Below, one piece after another: positions 11,217-22,095 of a stretch of 25,919 nucleotides of DNA. Position numbers and translations under genes: made by a program. The DNA is taken from positions 1-25,919 of the forward strand of contig CAXHJY010000352.1 in NCBI GenBank assembly GCA_964016885.1. Reading direction: 5' to 3'. How positions within the stretch are numbered: the stretch's first letter is position 1; the number at the start of each line of letters is the position of its first letter. Origin of the DNA: Eledone cirrhosa. Lineage: Eukaryota. The notes beneath the pieces are model-generated. The model did no database searches. It was not told the origin of the DNA and saw only the letters and a list, made by a program, of their open reading frames with translations.

Positions 11217-11439
11217 ACGCACACGCACACACAACACACCACACACACTTATTCAACATAGGATGCACACAGGACAAAGAAACATATCTATTATCTGTGT
11301 TTATCTGTATATATATATCACCTTGACCGACCAGTCTCTCGAGCGTCCATTCGGCGCCGCTGGTCACAGCACGCCGTCCATTCCTCTCTGGATTGTGCTT
11401 TCCTCATCCATGTAACCCCAATCATATTCTTAAAATCGT

Positions 11440-11842
11440 AACTCCAGGGTGTGAGGGGGGGGGGGAGTGGTGGAAAGACATTAAAAAGGAGGAATGGGGA
11501 ATTAAGGCGAAGGAAAAAAAATTAAAATGAAACAAGTGGTGGAAGGTGTGAGGCGTGTACGGGTGCTGGTGGGTGGATGGAGAGGGGAGTAGGAGACGGG
11601 GGGTCCGAGTGGGGAGGGTGGAAGGTGGTGTGTGTGTATATGTGTACTCCAGGGTGTGAGGGGGAGTGGTGGAAAGACATTAAAAAGGAGGAATGGGGAA
11701 TTAAGGCGAAGGAAAAAAAATTAAAATGAAACAAGTGGTGGAAGGTGTGAGGCGTGTACGGGTGCTGGTGGGTGGATGAAGAGGGGAGTAGGAGACGGGG
11801 TCCGAGTGGGGAGGGTGGAAGGTGGTGTGTGTGTATGTGTGT
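11440..11842. repeat. Tandem duplication of a ~200-bp purine/G-rich unit
   Basis: ACTCCAGGGTGTGAGGGGG...GGAAGGTGGTGTGTGTGT at 11440-11645 and 11646-11842, differing mainly in homopolymer lengths. Confidence 0.9.
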
Positions 11843-11975
11843 AGGTGTACGTGTGTGTGTGTTTATGTGAGTGTGAGAGTTTGGGGAAGAACGAGGTTCC
11901 ATGTTCAGGTAATAGGAAAACCAGATCTGTATTAATCAGTCTTGCGAGTATATCATCAAACAATTTATACATCTC

Positions 11976-12057
11976 ATGTATTTTGTCTGAAGAAGATATA
12001 CTCTGATTTATGTTAAACATAAATGTTTGCTTCCCCGAAATATATAAGGAAATAAAT
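11976..12057 (+). ncRNA. Degenerate type I hammerhead ribozyme-like motif (possible Penelope-like element end)
   Basis: CTGAAGA at 11987-11993, GAAA at 12037-12040, then TATA-TA. Imperfect stem I ATGTATTTTGT / AGGAAATAAAT; internal hairpin ATTTATGTT-A-AACATAAAT. The base of stem II is mismatched. Confidence 0.35.
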
Positions 12058-12086
12058 AGTGATGTTATAAAGTTATATCTTTCGTT

Positions 12087-12127
<41 letters not shown>

Positions 12128-12216
12128 TGTATGTATGTATGTATGTATGTATGTATGTATGTATGTATGTATGTATGTATGTATGTATGTATGTATGTAT
12201 GTATGTACGTACGTAC

Positions 12217-12616
12217 AGATGACCCCTTAGCCTTTGTCAAGGCAGAATTCTAGGAGAAGGAAAACTCTGATATAACACCTGCAACCCTGATGGTATCCAA
12301 TGATGTTGACTTGTTCTTCTTTTTGGTAAATATCATCTTGGTTAAGAAAGTGGGACTGGCTTTGTGCAGTGCCTTTGCTCACTATAAAAGCTTCACGGCA
12401 CAGGCATTGCTTTGTATCTGGAGATCTCTCTGCACTTGTCGTCACATGGTACCATGTACACTATGTGTCAATAATTGTCACAAGTGTAGTGTTTGTGCTA
12501 GAGTTTTCAAGTCGCTGGCTGGACTAAAAAGTCACACTCGTTCAGCGCATCGGTAGGGGTTCTCCTACATGGATATAAAGTAGTGGCCCTACTCGAAAAC
12601 GAGTTGGCAGTCACCA

Positions 12617-12617
<1 letters not shown>
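12217..12617 (+). mobile_element. ~400-bp non-autonomous RTE-derived retroelement, copy 2
   Basis: Near-identical to 1457-1862; ORF 12290-12556 ends in C-x2-C-x12-H-x4-H (CSVCARVFKSLAGLKSHTRSAH). Confidence 0.7.
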
Positions 12618-12649
<32 letters not shown>

Positions 12650-13259
12650 CTGTGTACCTCAGTTACACACAAGCAGCAGAGGCCACGTACCGTTCCTCTC
12701 CGACAGATAACTTTCCCTCCTGGAAAACCTCCCAGTTGATGGATGCGAATCCGAAATATAGGGACAGTTAAATCTCTCCCAAGGTAACTCTATCTCATGT
12801 TATTATTTTTATTTTTAGCTCTTTCCTACGTTCCTCTATACACTATACATCTCATTCTACATTCCATTACATCTCTCTCTTCACCACCGGATTCTGTTAC
12901 CCGGAGATTTACCCATCTTCATTGTTGAGGCTTCCAAAACGACCAAATATATATATATATATCATTTATTTTGTTTTGACCTGTTTAGCTTGAATTGGTT
13001 TTTGGCTTGGGTGGTTAATGCTTTCTTAACCACCTTTTCAGTTTTGTATGGCTTCTTAACACATTGTTTAGCTCTGGTTTTTAACTATTGAGCACTTTGC
13101 CAGTATCATTTCTGATTTTTGCGTTTCGCTTCGCTTTTCCTGCCCGCCGAAAATGCGATTCTCGGGGTCTTACTGGTTCCTATTACCCACTCTACTACCC
13201 CAAGTATTGAGTACTTTGGTGCGTTACGGTCCACCTGGTTCCTTACCACATTTCCTTCG

Positions 13260-13296
<37 letters not shown>

Positions 13297-13520
13297 AAAG
13301 GTAAACAGAAATAACAACACAATCAGTACAGTATATGGAAGGTATATATTAGGTTAAGGCTTGATATAGCAGGAAAAATCGTGTGTCGAACCGTTGGTCA
13401 ATCAATGATAAACATTGATTGCCAAATAAATTAACTATGGAGATATAAAAGATACAGTGAGTGTGTTCTGTTATTATTTCTGGTAATATTATAACAACAA
13501 TATCACCCTCCCCAAGTGCA

Positions 13521-13610
<90 letters not shown>

Positions 13611-13929
13611 GGAACAGCATGTACCACCTCCCCCTGAAAATTAACAGGATTGGTGGGGTGGGTGTGGAACAAATCTGTAAAGATGAATAGGGGTGGGTGG
13701 GGTACATTTATTCGCCTCCCGAAAGTAGGTGCAGTCCATTTTGAATTGGGGGTGTAGCTTATTGAACATTTCACAGACACGTGCAGTTTTAACGAAGTCC
13801 TCAGGGAGATTAGGTGTGACAGAGTATGCATCAGGGCTTTCCTCTACATTAAATTACAGGGGTACAGTCCATCATGATTTGCAGTGTAACTGGCTTAGTT
13901 TTCCACAGACACGTGTACCGTTAGCGTAA

Positions 13930-14540
13930 ATTCTCAGGGAGATTCACCATGTCACCATGTGTAATAAAGCTCCCCCATTCCCAATAAATTACAGGTACAA
14001 CAATAACTTCTCAGGGAGATTCAGTATGAACCAATGTGTAATAAGGCTGCCCCACCCCAATAAATTACAGGTACAACAGCGATTTCTCAGGGAGTTTCAG
14101 TATGAACCAATGTGTGACAAAGCTCTCCCCACCCCAGTATATTACAGGTACAACAATAAATTCTCAGGGAGACTCAGTATGAACCAATGTGTAACAAGGT
14201 TTCCTCACCCCCCAATAAATTACAGGTACAACAATAACGTCTCAGGGAGATTCAGTATGAACCAATATGTGACAAGGCTCCCCCCACCCCAGTATATTAC
14301 AAGTACAAAAGCGATTTCTTAGGGAGACTCAGTATGAACCAATGTGTAAAAAGGTTCACCCCACCCCCAATAAATTACAGGTACAATATTAAATTCTCAG
14401 GGAAACCCAGCAAGACATCGTGTGTGACAAGGCTCCCCACTCCCAATACATTAAAGGTACAACAGTAAATTCTTCAGGGAGACTCAGTATGACATTGTGT
14501 GTGACAAGGTTGCCTCCCCACCCCAGTATATTACAGGTAA
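13930..14540. repeat. ~77-bp minisatellite, 8 diverged units
   Basis: CTCAGGGAGATTCAGTATGAACCAATGTGT motif at 13933, 14010, 14086, 14163, 14241, 14318, 14396 and 14473. Confidence 0.9.
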
Positions 14541-14551
14541 AACTCCCCCCC

Positions 14552-14640
14552 CTAGCTGAGTAGACTGGATCAACGTGTAATAAAGTATCTTGATCAAAGA
14601 CACAACACCCGGTCATGAGGTCAACAACTTAACCACTCAG
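14552..14640 (-). mobile_element. Degraded CORE-SINE fragment
   Basis: AGCTGAGTAGACTGGATCAACGTG-AATAAAGTATCTTGATCAAAGACACAACAC aligns to 8316-8370. Confidence 0.6.
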
Positions 14641-16320
14641 CACCTACTCAAAACAGCTCCCACAAGACTCAGGTACACCACACCAGGCCTGCAACATCTC
14701 CACCAGACTCAGGTACACCCCACGGCCCCACAAAAGCCCTACAAGAGCCCCACCTACTCAGCTACACCACTCCAGGCCTACAACATCTCCACCAGACCCA
14801 GGCAAACCCCACGGCCCCACAACAGCCCTACAAGAGCCCCCACCTACTCAGCTACACCACACCAGGCCTACAACATCTTCACCAGACCCAGGTACACCCC
14901 ACGGCCCCACAACAGCCCTACAAGAGCCCCACCTACTCAGGTAGACCACCCCAGGCCTACAACATCTCCACCAGACCCAGGCAAACCCCACGGCCCCACA
15001 ACAGCCCTACAAGAGCCCCACCTACTCAGCTACACCACCCCAGGCCTACAACATCTCCACCAGACCCAGGCAAACCCCACGGCCCCACAACAGCCCTACA
15101 AGAGCCCCACCTACTCAGCTACACCACCCCAGGCCTACAACATCTCCACTAGACCCAGGCAAACCCCACGGCCCCACAACAGCCCTACAAGAGCCCCACC
15201 TACTCAGGTACACCACCCCAGGCCTACAACATCTCCACCAGACCCAGGTACACCCCACGGCCCCACAACAGCCCTACAAGAGCCCCACCTACTCAGCTAC
15301 ACCACCCCAGGCCTACAACATCTCCACCAGACCCAGGTACACCCCACGGCCCCACAACAGCCCTACAAGAGCCCCACCTACACAGCTACACCACCCCAGG
15401 CCTACAACATCTCCACCAGACTCGGTACACCCCACGGCCCCACAACAGCCCTACAAGAGCCCCACCTACTCAGCTACACCACCCCAGGCCTACAACATCT
15501 CCACCAGACCCAGGTACACCCCACGGCCCCACAACAGCCCTACAAGAGCCCCACCTACACAGCTACACCACCCCAGGCCTACAACATCTCCACCAGACTC
15601 GGTACACCCCACGGCCCCACAACAGCCCTACAAGAGCCCCACCTACTCAGCTACATCACCCAAGGCCTACAACATCTCCACCAGACTCAGGTACACCCCA
15701 CGGCCCCACAACAGCCCTACAAGAGCCCCACCTACTCAGGTAGACCACCCCAGGCCTACAACATCTCCACCAGACACAGGTACACCCCACGGCCCCACAA
15801 CAGCCCTACAAGAGCCCCACCTACACAGCTACACCACCCCAGGCCTACAACATCTCCACCAGACTCAGGTACACCCCACGGCCCCACAACAGCCCTACAA
15901 GAGCCCCACCTACTCAGCTACACCACCCCAGGCCTACAACATCTCCACCAGACACAGGTACACCCCACGGCCCCACAACAGCCCTACAAGAGCCCCACCT
16001 ACTCAGCTACACCACCCCAGGCCTACAACATCTCCACCAGACACAGGTACACACCACGGCCCCACAACAGCCCGACAAGAGCCCCACCTACTCAGGTAGA
16101 CCACCCCAGGCCTACAATATCTCCTCCGGACTCAGGTACACCCCACCCATGGCCCCACAACAGCCCTACAAGAGCCCCACCTACACAGCTACACCACCCC
16201 AGGCCTACAACATCTCCACCAGACTCAACTACACCCCACGGCCCCACAACAGCCCTACAAGAGCCCCACCTATTCAGGTACACCACGAGGCCCACAACAG
16301 CCCCACCAGACTCTGGCATC
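14641..16320. repeat. ~89-bp C/A-rich minisatellite, roughly 19 units
   Basis: Unit CCACCTACTCAGCTACACCACCCCAGGCCTACAACATCTCCACCAGACCCAGGTACACCCCACGGCCCCACAACAGCCCTACAAGAGCC; ACGGCCCC at 14722, 14811, 14901, 14990. Confidence 0.95.
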
Positions 16321-16454
16321 CCACGCCAACCCCCATAAACCCACATCTTTCAACCCTGAACCCCTCTTTTATCTGATTAAAACAAAACCTTCTGGTTTGA
16401 TTATCATCAGCAGCTTCATTTAATTAAGACTGCTTTATCAACATTAGGACTATC

Positions 16455-17870
16455 TACCCCACCACCTACACCACCACCTACACCAGACCTCCACTATTAC
16501 ACCACCGCCTACACCACCACCTACGCCACCACCTACACCACCCACGCCACCACCTACACCACCCACGCCACCACCTACACCACCCCTCCACTATTACACC
16601 ACCACCTACACCACCCCACTACTATTACACCACCCCGCCACTATTACATCACCCCGCCACTATATCACAACCACACCACCACCATCACACTATACCACTA
16701 CTATTACACCACCACCACTACACCACCATCGCCACTATTACACCACTACCACGGCCACTACTACACCACCACCATCGCCACTATTACACCACCACCACCA
16801 CAGCACTACACCACCATCGTCACAATTGTACCAGCATCAAACCACTACACCACCATCTCCACTATTACACCAGCACCACCACTACACTACTACACCACCA
16901 TCGCCACTATTGCACCACCACCACACCACTACACCACCATCTCCACTATTACACCAGCACCACCACTACACCACTACACCACCATCGCCACTATTACACC
17001 AGCACCACCACTACACCACTACACCACCATCGCCACTATTACACCACCACACCACTACACCACCATCGCCACTATTACACCACCACCACCACCACCACAC
17101 CACTACACCACCATCTCCACTATTACACCACCACCACCACACCACTACACCACCATCGCCACTATTACCCACCACCACCACACAACTACACCACCACCAC
17201 CACCACACCGCTACACCACCATCGCCACTAATACACCAGCACCACCACTACACCACTACACCACCATCGCCACTATTACACCACCACCACTACACCACCA
17301 CCACCACCACACAACTACACCACCATCTCCACTATTACGCCACCACCACCACCACTACCACCACACCACTACAACACCACCACCACCACACCACTACACC
17401 ACCATCTCCACTATTACACCACCACACCACTACACCACTACACCACCATTGCCACTATTACACCTCCACCACTACCACACCACTACACCACCATCGCCAC
17501 TATTACACCACCACCACCACACCACTACACCACCATCGCCACTATTACACTACCACATCCACTACACCACCATCTCCACCACTACACCACCATCGCCACT
17601 ATTACACCACCACCACCACACCACTACACTACACCACCATCGCCACTATTACACCACCACCACCACCACACCACTACACTACACCACCATCGCCACTATT
17701 ACACCACCACCACCACCACACCATTACACCACCATCGCCACTATTACACCTCCACCACTACCACACCACTACACCACCATCGCCACTATTACACCACCAC
17801 CACCACCACCACACCACCATCGCCACTATTACACCACCACCACACCACTACACCACCCCACTACCATTTA
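16455..17870. repeat. Degenerate (ACC/ACT)n trinucleotide-derived satellite
   Basis: Recurring CACCACCATCGCCACTATTACA motif among ACC runs. Confidence 0.9.
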
Positions 17871-18039
17871 TCATACCACATCATACTACATCACACCATA
17901 CCATTTTGATGGTCAAAGCATCTGTACTATTTCCCAGAAGATTATCCGCCCCCCCCCAGTGGTATCTATCCCCCTCCCCCTCCTTATACTTTCACCAAGA
18001 TTGTCTCACACACAGATAAACAAACAAACACACACACAC

Positions 18040-18392
18040 ATATATAAGTACGTATATATACAATACACGCACATACACACACATATATATAACACATACA
18101 TATATACAACACGCACATACACATATATATAACACATACATATATACAACACACACAGATATATACATACATATATACAACACACACAGATATATACATA
18201 CATATATACAACACGCACATACACATATATATAACACATACATATATACAACACACACAGATATATACATACATATATACAACACACACAGATATATACA
18301 TACATATATACAACACACACAGATATATACATACATATATACAACACGCACAGATATATACATACATATACACAACACACACACACATATAT
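18040..18392. repeat. ~31-bp CA/TA compound tandem repeat
   Basis: ATATATACATACATATATACAACACACACAG repeated. Confidence 0.85.
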
Positions 18393-18584
18393 ATTCAACA
18401 CGACACCACACAAACCTCTATAAGGGTATGTAAATCTGCTGTTGACTGCTGCTGATGTCTGACTATATATATCTATCTGCCTGTCAATATATTTTCCCAT
18501 AATAATAAAGACGTCTTCGACCCTCCATTAGGTACTAAACCATAACATTTCAGTTATCTTTGTCACTTAACGAAGAAGGTCGCC

Positions 18585-18660
18585 ATGTTATTTCGTTGTC
18601 TGTTCACCTTGGCTGTATTGTCTAACTTCTGCTACGCCAGTTTAAAGTGGAACCAATGTG
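18585..18660 (+). CDS. Gene B exon 1: signal peptide and start of ML / GM2 activator-like domain
   Basis: Kozak-like GTCGCCATG; MLFRCLFTLAVLSNFCYA-SLKWNQC(G) is a hydrophobic signal peptide followed by the W-x-x-C motif; donor G|gtaag at 18661, phase 1 matching exon 2. Confidence 0.88.
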
Positions 18661-18682
18661 GTAAGCTGTCTTATTTATTTAT

Positions 18683-18801
18683 TAATTGTTTCTACTTTTG
18701 GCACAACGCCAGCATTTACCCTAGTGTATTACTGGTACTTTATTTTACTGACCTCCGTAAGGATGAAAGGTAAAGTTAACCTCGGCGGGATTTGACCTCA
18801 G
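18683..18801 (-). mobile_element. OK-like SINE 3' half
   Basis: Reverse complement of the SINE body and tail, about 20 nt downstream of the exon 1 donor. Confidence 0.8.
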
Positions 18802-18832
18802 AATGGCAATTTTGTCCGATATTAATAATAAT

Positions 18833-18939
18833 AATTGTTTCTGCTTTTGGCACAAGACCAGCAATTACCCACTGTATTACTGGTACTTTATTTTATCGAC
18901 CCCGAAAGGATGAAAGGCAAAGTTAACCTCGGCGGGATT
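18833..18939 (-). mobile_element. OK-like SINE 3' half
   Basis: Reverse complement of the SINE body and tail. Confidence 0.8.
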
Positions 18940-18969
18940 ATTTATTTATTAATATTATATTATATATAA

Positions 18970-19075
18970 AATCCCGTCAAGGTTAACTTTGCCTTTCATC
19001 CTTACGGGGTCGATAAAATAAAGTACCAGTAATGCACTGGGATAATTGGTGGCCTTGTGCCAAAAGTAGAAACAA
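18970..19075 (+). mobile_element. OK-like SINE 3' half, inverted relative to 18833-18939
   Basis: AATCCCGTCAAGGTTAACTTTGCC...GTAGAAACAA. Confidence 0.8.
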
Positions 19076-19152
19076 AAATATTATATATAAAATTGCAAGT
19101 TTGAAGAATTATGTAATTGTCTAAATATATACATATATCCCTATGAATTTGT

Positions 19153-19199
<47 letters not shown>

Positions 19200-19215
19200 G
19201 TGTGCGTGTGTGTGT

Positions 19216-19700
19216 GAAAGTTGGTTAATTTTCTTCAAATACTTTTGAATATACATGCTCTACTTTTTTTAAGATGTCTGAGAAATATTATTATATTTAT
19301 TAATATTATATGTGTGTCTGTATACACACGCTGCAAATATATACGCATGTATATATATATGAAAGTTGGTTAATTTTCTTAGTACTTTTGTATATACATT
19401 CTCTGATTTTTAAGCTGCCTTAGAAATATATTATATATATATGTGTACACGCCCCTCAAATACACACACATATATATATATGTGTGTATATATAACAGTT
19501 AGTTAATTTTCTTCAAATACTTTTGCATATACATGCTCTATTTTTTTTAAAGTTATCTTAGAAATATAATATTTATTTATTCATAGTAAATTATACGTGT
19601 GTATATACACACAGGAAATACACACACACATACATACATATATATATATATGAAAGTTCGTTAATTTCCTTCAAACATTCTTGTATAAACGTCTTGCTTT
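19216..19700. repeat. Old tandem repeat, 4 units of ~135-157 bp
   Basis: GAAAGTTGGTTAATTTTCTTCAAATACTTTTG-like motif at about 19216, 19361, 19495 and 19652. Confidence 0.8.
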
Positions 19701-20136
19701 TTCCCCTAAATTATAAGTGATTGCTCCCCCCCCCCCCCCCACACACACCGAGACAACTTGGGAATATATTGTTTATAAAGTCAGTGAGCAGATTTAAACT
19801 TTCGATAGATGTAACATTTTAGAAATACACAAAAATACTTATAAACAATTTTAGATATAGTTTATAAAATCGTCTTAGTAATATCAAATTATTTTAGTGT
19901 AATATATTATGTGTGTTTAAAATATCGTAATATTTAAAACATTAATTGGATCAGCTTTCAGTATAGGTGGGCGTGAGTGTAGAAATTTATTTTCTTAGCA
20001 GAAAGATGGCAGTGAGTTTGGCCACACACACATAAGATATTTATTTAAAGTCTTTGTGCATCTTTAAACCCCAATAACTTTGGATGTATATATGAAAAAA
20101 AAATCGACCTTCACCCTTTAGTATTTACACTACTCC

Positions 20137-20291
20137 TGGCAGTATCGGTAGAGGGTTGGACGCCATGCTTTACTGTCTGAGTTCAAATCCCGTCGAGGTT
20201 AACTTTGCCTTTCATCCTTACGGGGTCGATAACAAAGTACCAGTAATACACTGGTTTAATTGCTGGCCTTGTGCCAAAAGTAGAAACAATT
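20137..20291 (+). mobile_element. OK-like SINE, 5'-truncated with internal deletion
   Basis: TGGCAGTATCGGTAGAGGG...GTAGAAACAATT; flanked by a ~95-bp direct repeat (20042-20135 and 20309-20405). Confidence 0.8.
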
Positions 20292-20383
20292 CTATATTTA
20301 CTTCTGTATTTATTTAAAAAGTCTTTGTGCATCTTTAAACCTAAATAACTTTGGATGTGTATATGAAAAAAAATACACCTTAA

Positions 20384-20587
20384 CCCTTTAGTATTTAGAT
20401 TACTCTATATATACTATTGTATTTTTATGGTAAAGGCTTTACCTTATAATTATCTCACATAATATCAAATCTGAGAGATTTTGATATTTATTTGAGAACA
20501 ATACCTTCACGTAAGTATGAGCAGCTAATTACGGTTGGTTTGAACAGAAAGAGATGAGATAATTCTGACCAGATACAGCTGTTTTAA
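20384..20587. mobile_element. Unexpanded piggyBac-like MITE (homolog of 2718-5499), right terminus lost
   Basis: TTAA|CCCTTTAGTATTTAGATTACTCTATATATACTATTGTATTTTTATGGTAAAGGCTTTACC...GAGATTTTG...TTTGAGAACAATACCTT...GAACAGAAA...AATTCTG, collinear with 2718-2780 and 5340-5490. Confidence 0.75.
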
Positions 20588-20622
20588 ACCTTTAGCATAT
20601 ACATTACCCTATATTTACTATG

Positions 20623-20806
20623 GGCGGTGGATTGGCAGTATCAGTAGGGGGTCGGACGCCATGCTTTCCAGCATAGTTACGTCCCTTTACGATCTGAGTT
20701 CAAATCCCGCCGAGGTTGACTTTGCCTTTCATCCTTACGGGGTCGATAAAATAAAGTACCAGTAATGCACTGGGTAATTGCTGGCCTTGTGCCTAAAATA
20801 GAAACA
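20623..20806 (+). mobile_element. Full-length OK-like SINE with 19-bp target-site duplication
   Basis: ATTACCCTATATTTACTAT (20603-20621) and ATTACTCTATATTTACTAT (20807-20825), 1 mismatch; inserted into a second partial MITE copy. Confidence 0.88.
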
Positions 20807-20938
20807 ATTACTCTATATTTACTATTTACACAGTATAGACTTTACCTCAATTATCTCACATAATATCAAATCCGTGATATTGATAGAAAACGGCTAACAT
20901 TTAAATATCGTCTTTGATTCAAAAACGCCTCCTTATAT

Positions 20939-21125
20939 AATTGTTTCTACTTTTGGCACAAGGCCAGCAATTATCCCAGTGTATTACTGGTACTTTATTT
21001 TATCGACCCCGTAAGGATGGACAAAGTTAACCTCGGCAGGATTTGGACTCGGACCATAAAGGTCCGTAACTCTTTGCTGCTAAGCATGGCGTCCGACCCT
21101 CTACCGATACGACCAATTCACCGCC
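20939..21125 (-). mobile_element. Full-length OK-like SINE
   Basis: Reverse complement of the SINE consensus, ending ...CCAATTCACCGCC. Confidence 0.85.
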
Positions 21126-21372
21126 TTCATATATTAATGGTAGCGTACCTATCCGGCAAACGAGGTGTGGGTTCGACTCCGACGTATGCTAATGCCCATT
21201 TTTTCCCCTCGTTCAGTGGGTTTATACGTCCCATGATTGTGTACGCGTGTATATATGTGTATTAGTCGTTATACCGAGTGTATATATGATTATATACGTG
21301 TGTGTGTGTGTGTGTGTGATATATAAAGTCGTTATAACGAAGTCTCTATTTCTACGTTACTATATTTTGTAG

Positions 21373-21565
21373 GCGGTCAAGATACATTCCTAATAAAGAA
21401 CCTGGATATTCGGCCGATGCCGTTGAATTTACCAGGTAAATTACAGCTCGATCTCCAAGCCAAGGCCATGAAGCAGTTGAATGGATCTGATGTTTCAGTC
21501 GTTATCCGGAGACACACATTTCTGGGGCACTTTAAGGTCCCATGTCTATTCCAAGTAGGATCTTG
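21373..21565 (+). CDS. Gene B exon 2: ML-domain / GM2 activator-like protein
   Basis: Acceptor ttttgtag| at 21372 and donor |gtacgt at 21566; 193 nt, phase 1 to 2. Encodes GGQDTFLIKNLDIRPMPLNLPGKLQLDLQAKAMKQLNGSDVSVVIRRHTFLGHFKVPCLFQVGS(C); 27/65 identical to gene A by manual alignment. Absent from the ORF track. Confidence 0.9.
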
Positions 21566-21584
21566 GTACGTATATATATCGTTG

Positions 21585-22095
21585 CTGTAGACTGATGGTG
21601 GTGTGGTGGTTGTAGTAGACCAGTGGTGGTTGTGGTGTTGGTTGTAGTAGACTGGTGGTGTGGTTGTTGCGGTGTTGGTTGTAGTAGACTGGTGGTGTGG
21701 TTGTTGTGGTGGTGGTTGTAGTAGACCAGTGGTGGTGGTGGCGGTTGTAATAGACCAGTGGTGGTGGTGGTTGTAGTAGACTGGTTGTGGTTGTTGCGGT
21801 CGTGGTTCTAGTAGACCAGTGGTGGTTGTTGTGGTGGTTGTAGTAGACTGGTGGTGGTGTGGTTGTTGCTGTGGTGGTGGTGGTTGTAGTAGACTGGTGG
21901 TGGTGTGGTTGTTGTTGTGGTGGTTGTAGTAGACTGGTGGTTGTGGTGTGGTTGTTGCGGTGGTGCTTGTAGTAGACCAGTGGTGGTTGTAGTGGTGGTT
22001 GTTGTAGTGGTTGTAGTGGTGGTGGTTGTAGTGGTTGTAGTGGTGGTGGTTGTAGTGGTGGTGGTTGTAGTAGACCTGTGGTGGTGGTGGTGTTG
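21585..22095. repeat. Degenerate (GGT/GTA/GTT)n satellite with GTAGTAGACTGGTGG motif
   Basis: Low-complexity G/T-rich triplet tract. Confidence 0.9.

Noticed and set aside
12290-12556. Stand-alone C2H2 zinc-finger gene
   Set aside because: A single finger at the 3' end of a dispersed retroelement; copy 1 differs by an indel that breaks the frame. It matches the LINE ORF2 terminal finger rather than a host transcription factor
14590-16338. 582-aa Pro/Thr/His-rich ORF (mucin- or extensin-like)
   Set aside because: The 89-bp unit is not a multiple of three, so the ORF cycles through all three frames; it stays open only because the strand is T-poor. It starts in a SINE remnant and has no signal peptide
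16826-18132. His/Thr/Pro-rich ORFs (histidine-rich protein)
   Set aside because: ACC/ACT microsatellite open in several frames, with frame switching and no splice signals or domain
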